A stretch of 64,000 bases of DNA, taken from assembly GCA_029260965.1 (NCBI GenBank), contig JAJDCG010000001.1, forward strand, positions 376,012 to 440,011. Direction: 5' to 3'. This document shows, piece after piece, positions 48,393 through 57,869 of the stretch. A program made the position numbers and the translations under genes. Below the pieces are notes generated by a model. That model was not told the origin of the DNA, did not search any database, and was given only the letters and a program-made list of their open reading frames with translations. Position 1 is the first letter of the stretch. Every line of letters begins with the position of its first letter. This stretch comes from Candidatus Levyibacteriota bacterium (GTDB lineage: Bacteria; Patescibacteriota; Microgenomatia; Levybacterales; UBA12049).

Positions 48393-49837
48393 ACAAAAAA
48401 TTAAAAATACTTTTAATTTTAAGTATATTAATCCCGCTTGTGATTGCAGTAACCCGTATCATAAGCGGTAACATATCGTTTTGGTATGATCCCGCGCGCG
48501 ATTTACTTTTAGCGATTGACAATCATCAAAAATTCAGCCTTATAGGTCAGACCTCAGGAATTCCCGGCATCTTTTACGGTCCATATTGGATTTGGATATT
48601 AAGCATTGTACTTTTGGTTTTCAAGGATCCCAGAATTGTCGCGTTCATTGTTCTTACTATTCCTTACTTTACTATTTTCCCATTTATTTTATATAAATTA
48701 AAAGATGTTTGGGGGTTGTGGGTTTCAGTCATGCTTTGGCTTTTTTTCATGTTTTCCTACGATGGATACGTTATTCATCTCTGGAATCCACACCTTGCTC
48801 CAGTTTTGACATTAGCAACTGTTTATTTACTCTCAAAAATTGATTTTAATAATAAAAATTTTACTAAATTGAAGATTGCTGCACTAGCTGGATTTCTAGC
48901 AGGGTTTACAATGAATTTTCATATTTCTTTCGGTCTTGGACTAGTGATAGGATCCACAGTTTTCGTATTTTTGAGGCGTAATATCAAAGCATTTGCATTA
49001 TTTATAGCTGGTCTGGTTCTTGCGTTTGTGCCGTTTGTTGTATTTGAGCTGCGTCATGGATTTAACCAGGTATCAACAGTCATACAAACAATTACAAGCC
49101 CAACAGCAGTAGTCAGCGAGCAGTCAGGAGTAAGCACTCAGATCTTTTATCTATTTTTTGATAGTTTGTCACGGTTAATCAATATTCCAGATGGGGCAGG
49201 AATCGTTTTCTTTTTTACGGTAATAGTTAGTTTGTTTTTAAAAATAAAGAATAAAAAAATAAAACTCTCAAAGAATGAGAAAGGCATACTTCTTTTAACA
49301 TCGCTTATTTCACTTTCAACTCTTAGTATTTATTTGTTATCCAAAAATCCAGTTTGGGACTATCATTTTATTGGTTTTGAAATTTTATTTCTCTTTTTTT
49401 TGGGGATTATTTCCAAACATTTAAAAATATTTAGATACTTACTTATTGTATCTTTGTTAATTTTGATTTTGATAAAACTAGTAGATTTTTCAAAAGAAAT
49501 TAGCGCCAATCATTTATCAAATTCATCACTTGTCACAAAACAATATATAGTTGATATTATTTATTCAAATTCAGAAAATCGTGATTTTGGTGTCTTTACA
49601 TTTAGCAATACTGCATATGCTCCTGCTTTTGATTATCTTTTGATGTATCATGATGGTGTCAGTAATTATCGGGGTGAAGAGAGGGTGGATCTTGTTTATC
49701 TTATTATCCCATGGACTACAATTGATTTGAGAGATGATTTTATTGATAATAGGACACCAAATGAAGAATATGAAACAATCAAAAAATGGGAAATTGATGA
49801 TGGAACTCTATTATTGAGGAGGGAAAGATTTGAATAA
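48374..49837 (+). CDS. polytopic membrane protein (possible GT-C), unknown family
   Basis: 487 aa with about 11 TM segments. WYDPARDLL in the first loop. C-terminal soluble domain. 19-nt overlap with the upstream gene. Confidence 0.4.
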   Translation: MGVWRMNKKLKILLILSILIPLVIAVTRIISGNISFWYDPARDLLLAIDNHQKFSLIGQTSGIPGIFYGPYWIWILSIVLLVFKDPRIVAFIVLTIPYFTIFPFILYKLKDVWGLWVSVMLWLFFMFSYDGYVIHLWNPHLAPVLTLATVYLLSKIDFNNKNFTKLKIAALAGFLAGFTMNFHISFGLGLVIGSTVFVFLRRNIKAFALFIAGLVLAFVPFVVFELRHGFNQVSTVIQTITSPTAVVSEQSGVSTQIFYLFFDSLSRLINIPDGAGIVFFFTVIVSLFLKIKNKKIKLSKNEKGILLLTSLISLSTLSIYLLSKNPVWDYHFIGFEILFLFFLGIISKHLKIFRYLLIVSLLILILIKLVDFSKEISANHLSNSSLVTKQYIVDIIYSNSENRDFGVFTFSNTAYAPAFDYLLMYHDGVSNYRGEERVDLVYLIIPWTTIDLRDDFIDNRTPNEEYETIKKWEIDDGTLLLRRERFE

Positions 49838-51371
49838 AATGAAGTTTTTACTACTTTTTGCATTAATTACAATTGGAGGCTTTCTGAGAATTTTTAACGT
49901 AGATCAAAACCCTCCTGGTCTTTATATAGACGAGGTATCAATTGGTGTTAACGCTTACGAAATTCTTACTAGGGGAGTAGATGAGCATGGTGTGTCATTT
50001 CCCCTATTTTTTGAAGCATTTGGAGAATACAAGATGCCAGCATATATCTATCTCGTCTCAGGGGCAATGGCAGTTGTCGGCAAGATTGATCTTGCAGTAC
50101 GTCTTCCGTCAATCATTTTTGGCATTCTGACAATACCGCTACTATACTTATTTATTAGAAAGCTAATTGAGTTAAATCCGAAACAGATACAAAATAATAA
50201 ATTTCAAATTTCAAAATTCAAAATTCCAATAGTTGCGGCAGCATTATTGGCGCTCTCCCCTTGGCATATACACTTTTCTCGCGCTGGTTTTGAGGCAAAT
50301 GTGGCACTTTTTATCTTTCTATTGGGATCATACTTTGGGTTACTTTTTTGGAGTAATAAAAAATACAAATTTTTGATTTTATGTTTTATCTTTTTTTCTC
50401 TTACACTTTATACCTACAATGCCTATCGTGTAATTTCACCTCTTATGGTCCTGATTATTTCACTATTCATATTTTTAAAATTTATTAAGTTTAGAAAAAA
50501 AGTAGTTGCTGCGCTTATTGGTTTTGCACTTCTTATTTTACCTGTAGTTCAGTTTTCCATGACTGAGGCAGGCGCAACACGTTTTGATGATGTATCTGCC
50601 TTCACTAAGTACGAGGACAGATCTTCACAGGAAAAGCTGAAGATTTATCCTATGGAAGTGATGAATAACTATTTTTCTTATTTCTCTTTGGAATTTTTAT
50701 TTTCAACTGGAGACAACAACAACCGCCACCAACTGCCTGGCTTTGGTCTTGTCTGGCGCTGGCTTATACCATTTACCCTGATAGGTTTTTATCAGAGCAT
50801 GCACAGGAAAAATAAATTATTTAAATACTCATTTTTAACCATGTTGCTTCTAGCACCACTTCCAGCCAGCATTGTTCAGCCAAATCCTCACTCGCTAAGA
50901 TCACTTCTCATGGTACTTCCCCTCACTGTTTTTGCCGCATATGGTTTAGTTTGGTTTTTTGAACATTTTAAAAAATACAAGCTTCTTGTTGCTTTTTGCT
51001 TATTGCTTATCTCTTTTTACGAATTTAGTCTTTTCATGCACAATTATTATTTCCACTACCCGCGTGCAAACTCACCAGATTGGGGAGCAGGATACAAGCA
51101 GATGACATTGCGGATGAATGAGATAAAAAGTGGTTATGATCATATTGTGGTCGACCAAAATCTTTCGAATGCGTCTTCATATATTGATTTTTATGGAGAT
51201 GGTATTGAGCCATTGTATGTTGATACTTCGTGGACCAAACCAGATGCTTGGGATGAAGAGGATGTTTTGTATGTCAGGCCTTTTTACGGCAATCGAGAGG
51301 GAGAGTATATAATTGAAAATATTTATTTACCACAGAGAGATGATATACATGCGCAATTTTGGAAATTATGA
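49830..51371 (+). CDS. GT-C membrane glycosyltransferase, PMT_2-like paralog 4
   Basis: YIDEVSIGVNAYEILTRGVDEHGVSFPLFFEAFGEYKMPAYIY, PNPHSLRS, HNYYFHYPRANSPDWGAGY. Confidence 0.65.
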   Translation: MNKMKFLLLFALITIGGFLRIFNVDQNPPGLYIDEVSIGVNAYEILTRGVDEHGVSFPLFFEAFGEYKMPAYIYLVSGAMAVVGKIDLAVRLPSIIFGILTIPLLYLFIRKLIELNPKQIQNNKFQISKFKIPIVAAALLALSPWHIHFSRAGFEANVALFIFLLGSYFGLLFWSNKKYKFLILCFIFFSLTLYTYNAYRVISPLMVLIISLFIFLKFIKFRKKVVAALIGFALLILPVVQFSMTEAGATRFDDVSAFTKYEDRSSQEKLKIYPMEVMNNYFSYFSLEFLFSTGDNNNRHQLPGFGLVWRWLIPFTLIGFYQSMHRKNKLFKYSFLTMLLLAPLPASIVQPNPHSLRSLLMVLPLTVFAAYGLVWFFEHFKKYKLLVAFCLLLISFYEFSLFMHNYYFHYPRANSPDWGAGYKQMTLRMNEIKSGYDHIVVDQNLSNASSYIDFYGDGIEPLYVDTSWTKPDAWDEEDVLYVRPFYGNREGEYIIENIYLPQRDDIHAQFWKL

Positions 51372-51946
51372 TTAAAAAAATCATTTTATTTATTGGAGTA
51401 TTCGTAATTATTTCAACAGTAGGTCCTTTTCTGGATTGTTGGCGATTTGACGAACGAATTTATTTTTCTCCGCTTGAGATGGATCTTAAATTAATTGAGG
51501 CAGTTCATAATGACGTTGGATATGCACCCAATATCGCGCGAATTTTTCATAACAAGGCTCAGCTTGGTGCATTTTTTGTATTTGACAGTTATCTTTATTT
51601 TTTTGATATCCGTTTTCTTGCACCCATTTTTTCGCTTGTCGGTTATGTAGGAATATTTTGGGGATTTTGGTATTTGTTTGGTTTAAAAAATAAATTTAGA
51701 CAATTTATAATTTCTTTACTCCTAGTCCTTCCTTTTATAGAAATTTTTAAATTAATTGACAACACTTTTGCCCGTGCTTTGATTATTTCTGTGCCATATT
51801 TTGTATTATCGATTTTTGGGATATGGCAGTTTTTGAAATCTCATAAATGGATAGGCGTGTTGGTGGTTCTGATTTTGGTTGTATTATCGGTTTGGTACAC
51901 CGATGTTTTTGGTTCAGGCATAGTTGATGCCTGCAGCAAAGTATAG
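51359..51946 (+). CDS. small polytopic membrane protein (hypothetical)
   Basis: 195 aa with about 5 TM segments. 13-nt overlap with the upstream gene. Confidence 0.4.
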   Translation: MEIMIKKIILFIGVFVIISTVGPFLDCWRFDERIYFSPLEMDLKLIEAVHNDVGYAPNIARIFHNKAQLGAFFVFDSYLYFFDIRFLAPIFSLVGYVGIFWGFWYLFGLKNKFRQFIISLLLVLPFIEIFKLIDNTFARALIISVPYFVLSIFGIWQFLKSHKWIGVLVVLILVVLSVWYTDVFGSGIVDACSKV

Positions 51947-52086
51947 CATTACATAAACATAAAATTATGGAAAAATATTTGATTTTATGATCCAAACCAT
52001 GGAATTATGATGAGTTGGGTTATTGATCAATATCTGGTATTGGGAGATAGGTATAAAGTAGGTAATGATTTTGCTACAATAGTCTT

Positions 52087-53064
52087 ATGAAGATTTTAGT
52101 TACAGGTGGTGCTGGATATATTGGTAGTTTCATGACTCGTCGCTTGCTTGATGGAGATCACAGCGTCGTGGTAGTTGATAGTCTGGATCGTGGACATAGG
52201 GATGTTATTGATGGTCGCGCAGCTTTTGAAGAGGGAAATTTGTTGGATAATGATTTTCTGAAAAAAGTTTTTGAAAAGTACCAATTCGACGGCATTATCC
52301 ACTTTGCGGGGTTTATAGCAATGGGTGAGTCGATGCAGAGGCCAGATCTTTATTTTTCAAACAATACGTTTGCAACTATGAATCTGTTGGAGGAGGCACG
52401 TCTTGCAGGTGTTAAAAAAATTATTTTTTCTTCAACAGCAGGTGTTTACGGAACACCAAGTAAAGTCCCCATAAATGAAGATCATCCCAAAAATCCTGAA
52501 AATCCATATGGTGAGAGCAAACTGATGATTGAGCGTATGCTTGCCTGGTATCAGAGGATCCACGGTGTTAGTTTTGTCGCGCTTAGATATTTTAATGCAG
52601 CTGGTGCATCACTTGATGGTAGATTTGGCGAGAGACATACTCCTGAGGAGAGTCATATCATTCCCAATGTCATGAAGGCAGCGCTTTCTGGTAGTTCGTT
52701 CAAGCTTTTTGGATCTGATTATGATACTCCTGACGGAACATGTGTGAGAGACTATATTCATGTGCTTGATCTGGTTGAGGCGCATATATTGGCGCTTGAG
52801 AGATTGATTAGTAAAAAAGGAGGATTTTACTACAATGTTGGTACGGGAAAGGGTTTTAGCAACAAAGAGGTTGCTCAGATGATAAAGAAAGTATCAAATG
52901 TGGATTTTAGCATAGATATGGTTGGTCGTAGACCAGGAGATACAGACTCACTTATTGCTGCAACCGATAAAATTAGGAAAGAGCTTGGATTTGAACCAAA
53001 ACACTCAGATCTTGAAACAATAGTTCGTTCTGCGCTACTCTTTTACAAGACTAGAAGTTTGTAA
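52087..53064 (+). CDS. galE: UDP-glucose 4-epimerase
   Basis: MKILVTGGAGYIGS (NAD-binding GxxGxxG). SDR catalytic YGESK. 325 aa. Confidence 0.85.
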   Translation: MKILVTGGAGYIGSFMTRRLLDGDHSVVVVDSLDRGHRDVIDGRAAFEEGNLLDNDFLKKVFEKYQFDGIIHFAGFIAMGESMQRPDLYFSNNTFATMNLLEEARLAGVKKIIFSSTAGVYGTPSKVPINEDHPKNPENPYGESKLMIERMLAWYQRIHGVSFVALRYFNAAGASLDGRFGERHTPEESHIIPNVMKAALSGSSFKLFGSDYDTPDGTCVRDYIHVLDLVEAHILALERLISKKGGFYYNVGTGKGFSNKEVAQMIKKVSNVDFSIDMVGRRPGDTDSLIAATDKIRKELGFEPKHSDLETIVRSALLFYKTRSL

Positions 53065-53126
53065 GGCTGCAAGTTGGAAAGACCGTTTGACAAACCTTAA
53101 AAACTTAAAAACCAAATTACTAATCT

Positions 53127-54158
53127 ATGAAAATTGCAATTGATGTTTCACCTTTAAAGTCAGGTCATAGGGTTCGTGGAGTTGGATCTTACCTTAGAAA
53201 TCTCAAAGATGCACTAATTAAGTATCATGACAAAGAGAAATTTGTTTTTTTTGAACACGAATCAGAAATTCCAAGCAATATTGACCTAGTGCACTATCCA
53301 TATTTTGATCCCTTTTTTCGTACACTCCCGTTTGATAAAAAATATAAAACAGTTGTTACGGTTCATGACCTTACACCGCTTGTTTTCCCTCAACATTTTC
53401 CAGCAGGAGTGAGGGGTAGGATAAACTGGGAGATTCAGAAATATAATTTGAAAAAAGTAGACAGAATTATAACCGATTCTAAAAATTCAAAAAAGGACAT
53501 AGTACGCCTTGCTGGAGTCTCATCTGACAAAGTTGACGTAGTCTATCTAGCTGCTTCGGAGAATTTTAAAAAATTGGAAATTCAATGTAAATACAATTTA
53601 CCTGATAAATTTGTTTTGTATGTTGGTGATGTTACTTGGAATAAAAACTTGCCACGTCTTATTGATGCTTGTTTGAGCGCTGGTGTTTCACTCGTGATGG
53701 TAGGAAAGGCAATTGAAGATAAAAATTTTGATAGATCTAATCTATGGAATAAAGATTTAATTAGAATCAAAGATCAAAAATCAAGGGTCAAAGATCAGAT
53801 TATAACGCTAGGTTTTGTATCTGATGAAGATTTGGTCGCTATTTATAATAAGGCAACTGTATTTGCAATGCCCAGTCTTTATGAAGGGTTTGGATTGCCT
53901 ATTCTGGAGGCAATGCAGAGTGGCACACCGGTTGTAACAAGTGATCGAGGTTCAATTCCTGAGGTTGTGGGTGATGCTGCTTTGATAGTCGATGCAGAAA
54001 ATTCAGAAAGTATAGCAAGTGTTATAAAGGAGGTTTTTGATAACGAAAAGCTTCAAAAAGAATTATCTGAAAAAGGCTTGAAACAAGCGAAGAAATTTAG
54101 ATGGAAAAAGACTGCTGCTCAAACGCTTTCAGCGTATGAGCGGGTTCTTGGTTCCTAG
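53127..54158 (+). CDS. GT4 glycosyltransferase
   Basis: YEGFGLPILEAMQSGTPVVTSDRGSIPEVVGDAALIV matches the GT4 EX7E motif. Confidence 0.8.
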   Translation: MKIAIDVSPLKSGHRVRGVGSYLRNLKDALIKYHDKEKFVFFEHESEIPSNIDLVHYPYFDPFFRTLPFDKKYKTVVTVHDLTPLVFPQHFPAGVRGRINWEIQKYNLKKVDRIITDSKNSKKDIVRLAGVSSDKVDVVYLAASENFKKLEIQCKYNLPDKFVLYVGDVTWNKNLPRLIDACLSAGVSLVMVGKAIEDKNFDRSNLWNKDLIRIKDQKSRVKDQIITLGFVSDEDLVAIYNKATVFAMPSLYEGFGLPILEAMQSGTPVVTSDRGSIPEVVGDAALIVDAENSESIASVIKEVFDNEKLQKELSEKGLKQAKKFRWKKTAAQTLSAYERVLGS

Positions 54159-54192
54159 TTCTTAGATCTTAGTAGAATAATAATTTACTATT

Positions 54193-54576
54193 ATGAATAA
54201 TTTTGAAAAACTTGAAGCATGGAAAGAGTCTCATAAATTAGTACTTATGATTTATAAACTAGTTAAGAAGATTCCCTCAGACGAGAAATTCAGATTAATA
54301 GATCAGCTATGCCGTGCCGCAAGTTCTGTCCCAGCAAACCTGGTTGAAGGCGGAGCTAGGGCATACAGGAAGGAATATATTCAATACTGCTATCAAGCAA
54401 GAGCTTCTTTGGAAGAAACAAAGTATCATTTAATACTTACACGCGATTTAGAATTTTTAAGTACAAGAAACTATGCTGAGATTATGAATCAGGCGGATAA
54501 AGCCGGAAAATTAATAAATGGTTTGATATCATATTTGAGGAAAAATACAAAAGACCAAAGGCCAAATAATCTATGA
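54193..54576 (+). CDS. four-helix-bundle protein (23S rRNA intervening-sequence protein family)
   Basis: 127 aa with characteristic AASSVPANLVEGGARAYRKEYIQY...ASLEETKYHL of the IVS / four-helix-bundle family. Confidence 0.7.
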   Translation: MNNFEKLEAWKESHKLVLMIYKLVKKIPSDEKFRLIDQLCRAASSVPANLVEGGARAYRKEYIQYCYQARASLEETKYHLILTRDLEFLSTRNYAEIMNQADKAGKLINGLISYLRKNTKDQRPNNL

Positions 54577-55859
54577 TCCAAGAACCAACATCCAAGATCC
54601 AGCATCTGGCGCGCTTCGCGCGCAATCCTCTCATCTCAGGTAGTGCCGTCATGTTTGTTGGTTCTCTCCTGGGTAATGTATTTCATTTTCTTTTCAATAT
54701 TTTCATGAGCCGTAGTTTGAGTGTTGCAGAATACGGGATACTAATCGCACTCACTTCAGTTGCTACATTTCCGGGATTTCTATTTACTTCAATAGTTCCG
54801 ACTACTGTTCGTTTTGCAACGACTTTTATCACAAACAACGAGAAGGGAAAGCTTAAAGGACTATATATAAAAATTAGTAAAATTATGTTTTATTCAGGTG
54901 TGTTTTTTATGGCGCTTTTTGTCATTTTTTCCAGTCAAATTGCCAGCTTTTTGCGCATAGAAAATATCCAGTCATTTATTTGGTTTTTAGGAGCTTGGGT
55001 GATGGTTGGTTTGATTGGCAATGTAAATATGGCTTTTTTTCAGGCGCAGCTTTCTTTTAAATTTTCGTCATTCCTCACTTTTCTTGGCGGAATTCTCAAG
55101 TTTATATTTGGTGTCACGCTTGTGCTTTTGGGATTTAGAATAGGTGGGATATTGGTAGGAATAATTTTATCTGGATTTGTGGTTTTCTTGGTGGGACTTG
55201 TGCGTTTGCGGCCTATTTTTTACAACGCCACAAAATCTGTGCATATGAGCTACGGAGAGATTCTTCATTTTGGAGTACCTGCTACACTGGCGCTTTTAAG
55301 TGTAACTTCTTTTATAAATACAGACATCATACTTGTCAAGCATTTTTTTCCAGCGCATGAAGCAGGTCTCTATGCAGGATTGTCTCTAATAGGAAAAGTA
55401 ATATTTTATTTTTCTGCTCCTATTGGTGCTGTTATGTTTCCACTGATTGTTAAAAAACACGAACTTGGTCAAGCGAAGGGTCGGATGCTCTTGGCATCTC
55501 TCGGTCTTGTTTTGATTCCATCAGTAGCACTTACCTTGTTTTATTTTATTTTTCCAGAGTTCACAATTGGTTTTTTTCTCAAAAGAGCTGACTATCTGGC
55601 GGTGTCAGGAGTGCTTGGATTTTTTGGACTTTTTATGGCACTTTATGCCATTCTTTATATGTTGACCAATTTTTATCTTTCGATTAAAAAAACAAGAATC
55701 TATATCCCGATTTTTGTTGGTGCGCTTTTACAGATTGTCCTCATTTCTTTTTTTCATGAAAGTTTTTATCAGGTTATTGCCGTCTCAACAAGCTTAACAT
55801 TTTTACTTGTTGTTGGGCTTTTGCTATACTACAGGCATGCCACGCGTGAAAGAATTTAA
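54573..55859 (+). CDS. polysaccharide biosynthesis / oligosaccharide flippase family membrane protein (MOP/Wzx-like)
   Basis: 428 aa with about 12 TM segments. 4-nt overlap with the upstream gene. Confidence 0.55.
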   Translation: MIQEPTSKIQHLARFARNPLISGSAVMFVGSLLGNVFHFLFNIFMSRSLSVAEYGILIALTSVATFPGFLFTSIVPTTVRFATTFITNNEKGKLKGLYIKISKIMFYSGVFFMALFVIFSSQIASFLRIENIQSFIWFLGAWVMVGLIGNVNMAFFQAQLSFKFSSFLTFLGGILKFIFGVTLVLLGFRIGGILVGIILSGFVVFLVGLVRLRPIFYNATKSVHMSYGEILHFGVPATLALLSVTSFINTDIILVKHFFPAHEAGLYAGLSLIGKVIFYFSAPIGAVMFPLIVKKHELGQAKGRMLLASLGLVLIPSVALTLFYFIFPEFTIGFFLKRADYLAVSGVLGFFGLFMALYAILYMLTNFYLSIKKTRIYIPIFVGALLQIVLISFFHESFYQVIAVSTSLTFLLVVGLLLYYRHATRERI

Positions 55860-56655
55860 AATTAATCTTCTCTCTGTAGTCATTCCCTCATACAAACAGG
55901 AGAAAACAATTGTAAAGGATATCAAAAACATAGTAAAAAATCTCAAAAATCTTGGTGTTAAACATGAGGTGATAGTGGTGATTGATGGAAAAGTTGATAA
56001 AACACTTGAAAAGCTTAAAAAAGGTTTTGGTTCTTTGCTTAGGGTTCAAAGACGATCCAAGTCAAAGATCCAAGAGCTGAGATTAAAGAACTTGCGCATA
56101 ATTTATTACGGAGAGAATCAGGGTAAAGGTCATGCTGTTCGAATAGGCATGATGACAGCCAGAGGTGATGTGGTAGGATTTATGGACGCTGGGATGGACA
56201 TACATCCTGCAGGATTTAGGATGCTCCTCAATCACATGGAGTGGTATGATGCGGATGTGATTGTCGGTTCCAAACTTCATCCTGTATCTCAGGTCAGGTA
56301 TCCCATCTACAGGAAAATTCTGTCCAAAGGTTACAGAGGAGTGACGCGTCTCCTGTTTGGATTCAAAGTACGTGATACACAGGTTGGTCTCAAGTTTTTT
56401 AGAAAAAAAGTTGTTCGCAAAGTCTTTCCAAGGCTTCTGGTTAAAAAATACGCTTTTGATATAGAAATTCTCGCAGTCAGCTATCAATTGGGATTTAAAA
56501 AGATCTATGAAGCACCAGTGATGATAGTGTTTAAAGAAAATAGTATTGACAAGAAAGGCCTGTTAAAGATAGTCTATCTGATGCTCATAGATACGGCAGC
56601 AGTATTTTACCGCATAAAATTCCTTGATTATTATAGAAAACGGCGTAGATCTTAG
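55837..56655 (+). CDS. GT2 glycosyltransferase, DPM1/GtrB-like
   Basis: LSVVIPSYKQEKTI, VIVVIDGKVDKT, FMDAGMD. Start chosen at the ATG at 55837; the ORF opens at 55807 inside the flippase gene. Confidence 0.75.
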   Translation: MPRVKEFKINLLSVVIPSYKQEKTIVKDIKNIVKNLKNLGVKHEVIVVIDGKVDKTLEKLKKGFGSLLRVQRRSKSKIQELRLKNLRIIYYGENQGKGHAVRIGMMTARGDVVGFMDAGMDIHPAGFRMLLNHMEWYDADVIVGSKLHPVSQVRYPIYRKILSKGYRGVTRLLFGFKVRDTQVGLKFFRKKVVRKVFPRLLVKKYAFDIEILAVSYQLGFKKIYEAPVMIVFKENSIDKKGLLKIVYLMLIDTAAVFYRIKFLDYYRKRRRS

Positions 56656-56717
56656 ATCCTCGATCTTAGATCGTAGGAGAATGATCTCCCAAGAACCAAG
56701 AACTAGAAACTAAATAT

Positions 56718-57869
56718 ATGGACAAAGACCCAGCATCAAAGACCCAAGAACCAGGATCTGAGGACAAAATCCTCCGGATTTTGATCCTCAACTGGCGAGA
56801 TCCTGCTCATCCATTAGCAGGCGGTGCTGAGTATTCTATGTACGAGCATGCTTTGTATTGGAGGAAAAAAGGTGCGCATGTCACATGGGTTGGGTCAGCT
56901 TTTGAAGGCGCAAAAAAAAACGAAACCAAAAAAGGGATTAAGTTTTTACGGATGGGATCGCATTTCACAGTGCATTTGAAGACTTTTTTCAGATACATGA
57001 GGGGTGAGTTCAGGGATGCCGATATCGTTATAGACTGTTTTCATTTCGTACCATACTTCACACCCCTTTATGTTCGGAATAAGAGTATAGTTGCCTGGAT
57101 CAATGAACCTGCGAAGAATGCGTGGTTCAAAAACATCTTTTTCCCCGCAAGCCTTATTGGATTTATATTTGAACCGTTGTTTTTTGTACCTTACCGCAAG
57201 GCTCAATTTGTGACATCAGCCAAATCGATAAAGAAAGAATTAATAAAGCTGGGGGTAAGAAGAATAAAAGTTATACCACATGGGATTGAAATACTGGATA
57301 TGGACCGCATAAAAAAAGAACAATCACTTACTCTTATTTATCTTGCGCAAATTACAGAAGATAAAGGTATTGAAAATGCCCTGCGGGCATTTTCAATCAT
57401 AAGTCATAAATCAGAAATCATAAATCCTGTTCTCTGGGTTGTCGGCAAGGCACCAGACAGTAAATATCTGAAAAAAGTTAAGAAACTGGTCAGGGATTTG
57501 AAATTAGTAAAAAATGTTAAATTTTTTGGGTATGTTGATAAAAGACAGAAATTTACACTTTTGAAAAAAGCCTGGATTCTGGTGCATCCGTCTGTCAGAG
57601 AAGGATGGGGGTTAAATGTAATTGAGGCTGCAGGTGTTGGTACTCCGAGTGTTGGGTATGATGTGGTGGGATTGAGAGATTCGATAAAAAATGGCAAGAC
57701 AGGACTTTTGTCAGAGGAGAATCCTGAAGATATGGCAGAAAAATGCATGAAGCTTGTACGTGATAGGGATTTTTATGATAAACTGTCTGTTAATGCAAAG
57801 GAGCATGCAAATAGTTTTTCCTGGCAAAAAGCAGGTAAAAAAAGCCTCCAAATTATAAAAAGTTTATGA
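56718..57869 (+). CDS. GT4 glycosyltransferase
   Basis: VREGWGLNVIEAAGVGTPSVGYDVVGLRDSIKNGKTG matches the EX7E motif. Confidence 0.8.
   Translation: MDKDPASKTQEPGSEDKILRILILNWRDPAHPLAGGAEYSMYEHALYWRKKGAHVTWVGSAFEGAKKNETKKGIKFLRMGSHFTVHLKTFFRYMRGEFRDADIVIDCFHFVPYFTPLYVRNKSIVAWINEPAKNAWFKNIFFPASLIGFIFEPLFFVPYRKAQFVTSAKSIKKELIKLGVRRIKVIPHGIEILDMDRIKKEQSLTLIYLAQITEDKGIENALRAFSIISHKSEIINPVLWVVGKAPDSKYLKKVKKLVRDLKLVKNVKFFGYVDKRQKFTLLKKAWILVHPSVREGWGLNVIEAAGVGTPSVGYDVVGLRDSIKNGKTGLLSEENPEDMAEKCMKLVRDRDFYDKLSVNAKEHANSFSWQKAGKKSLQIIKSL

Noticed and set aside
55807-55836. Longer start for the GT2 gene (ORF opens at 55807).
   Set aside because: The extension overlaps the flippase C-terminus by 53 nt. 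The ATG at 55837 gives the usual short leader before the VV-P-Y-K GT2 N-terminus.
56083-56487. 134-aa - strand ORF inside the GT2 gene at 55837-56655, and 56807-57206 / 57404-57748 inside the GT4 gene.
   Set aside because: Antisense to genes with strong GT2 / GT4 EX7E motifs. No independent support.
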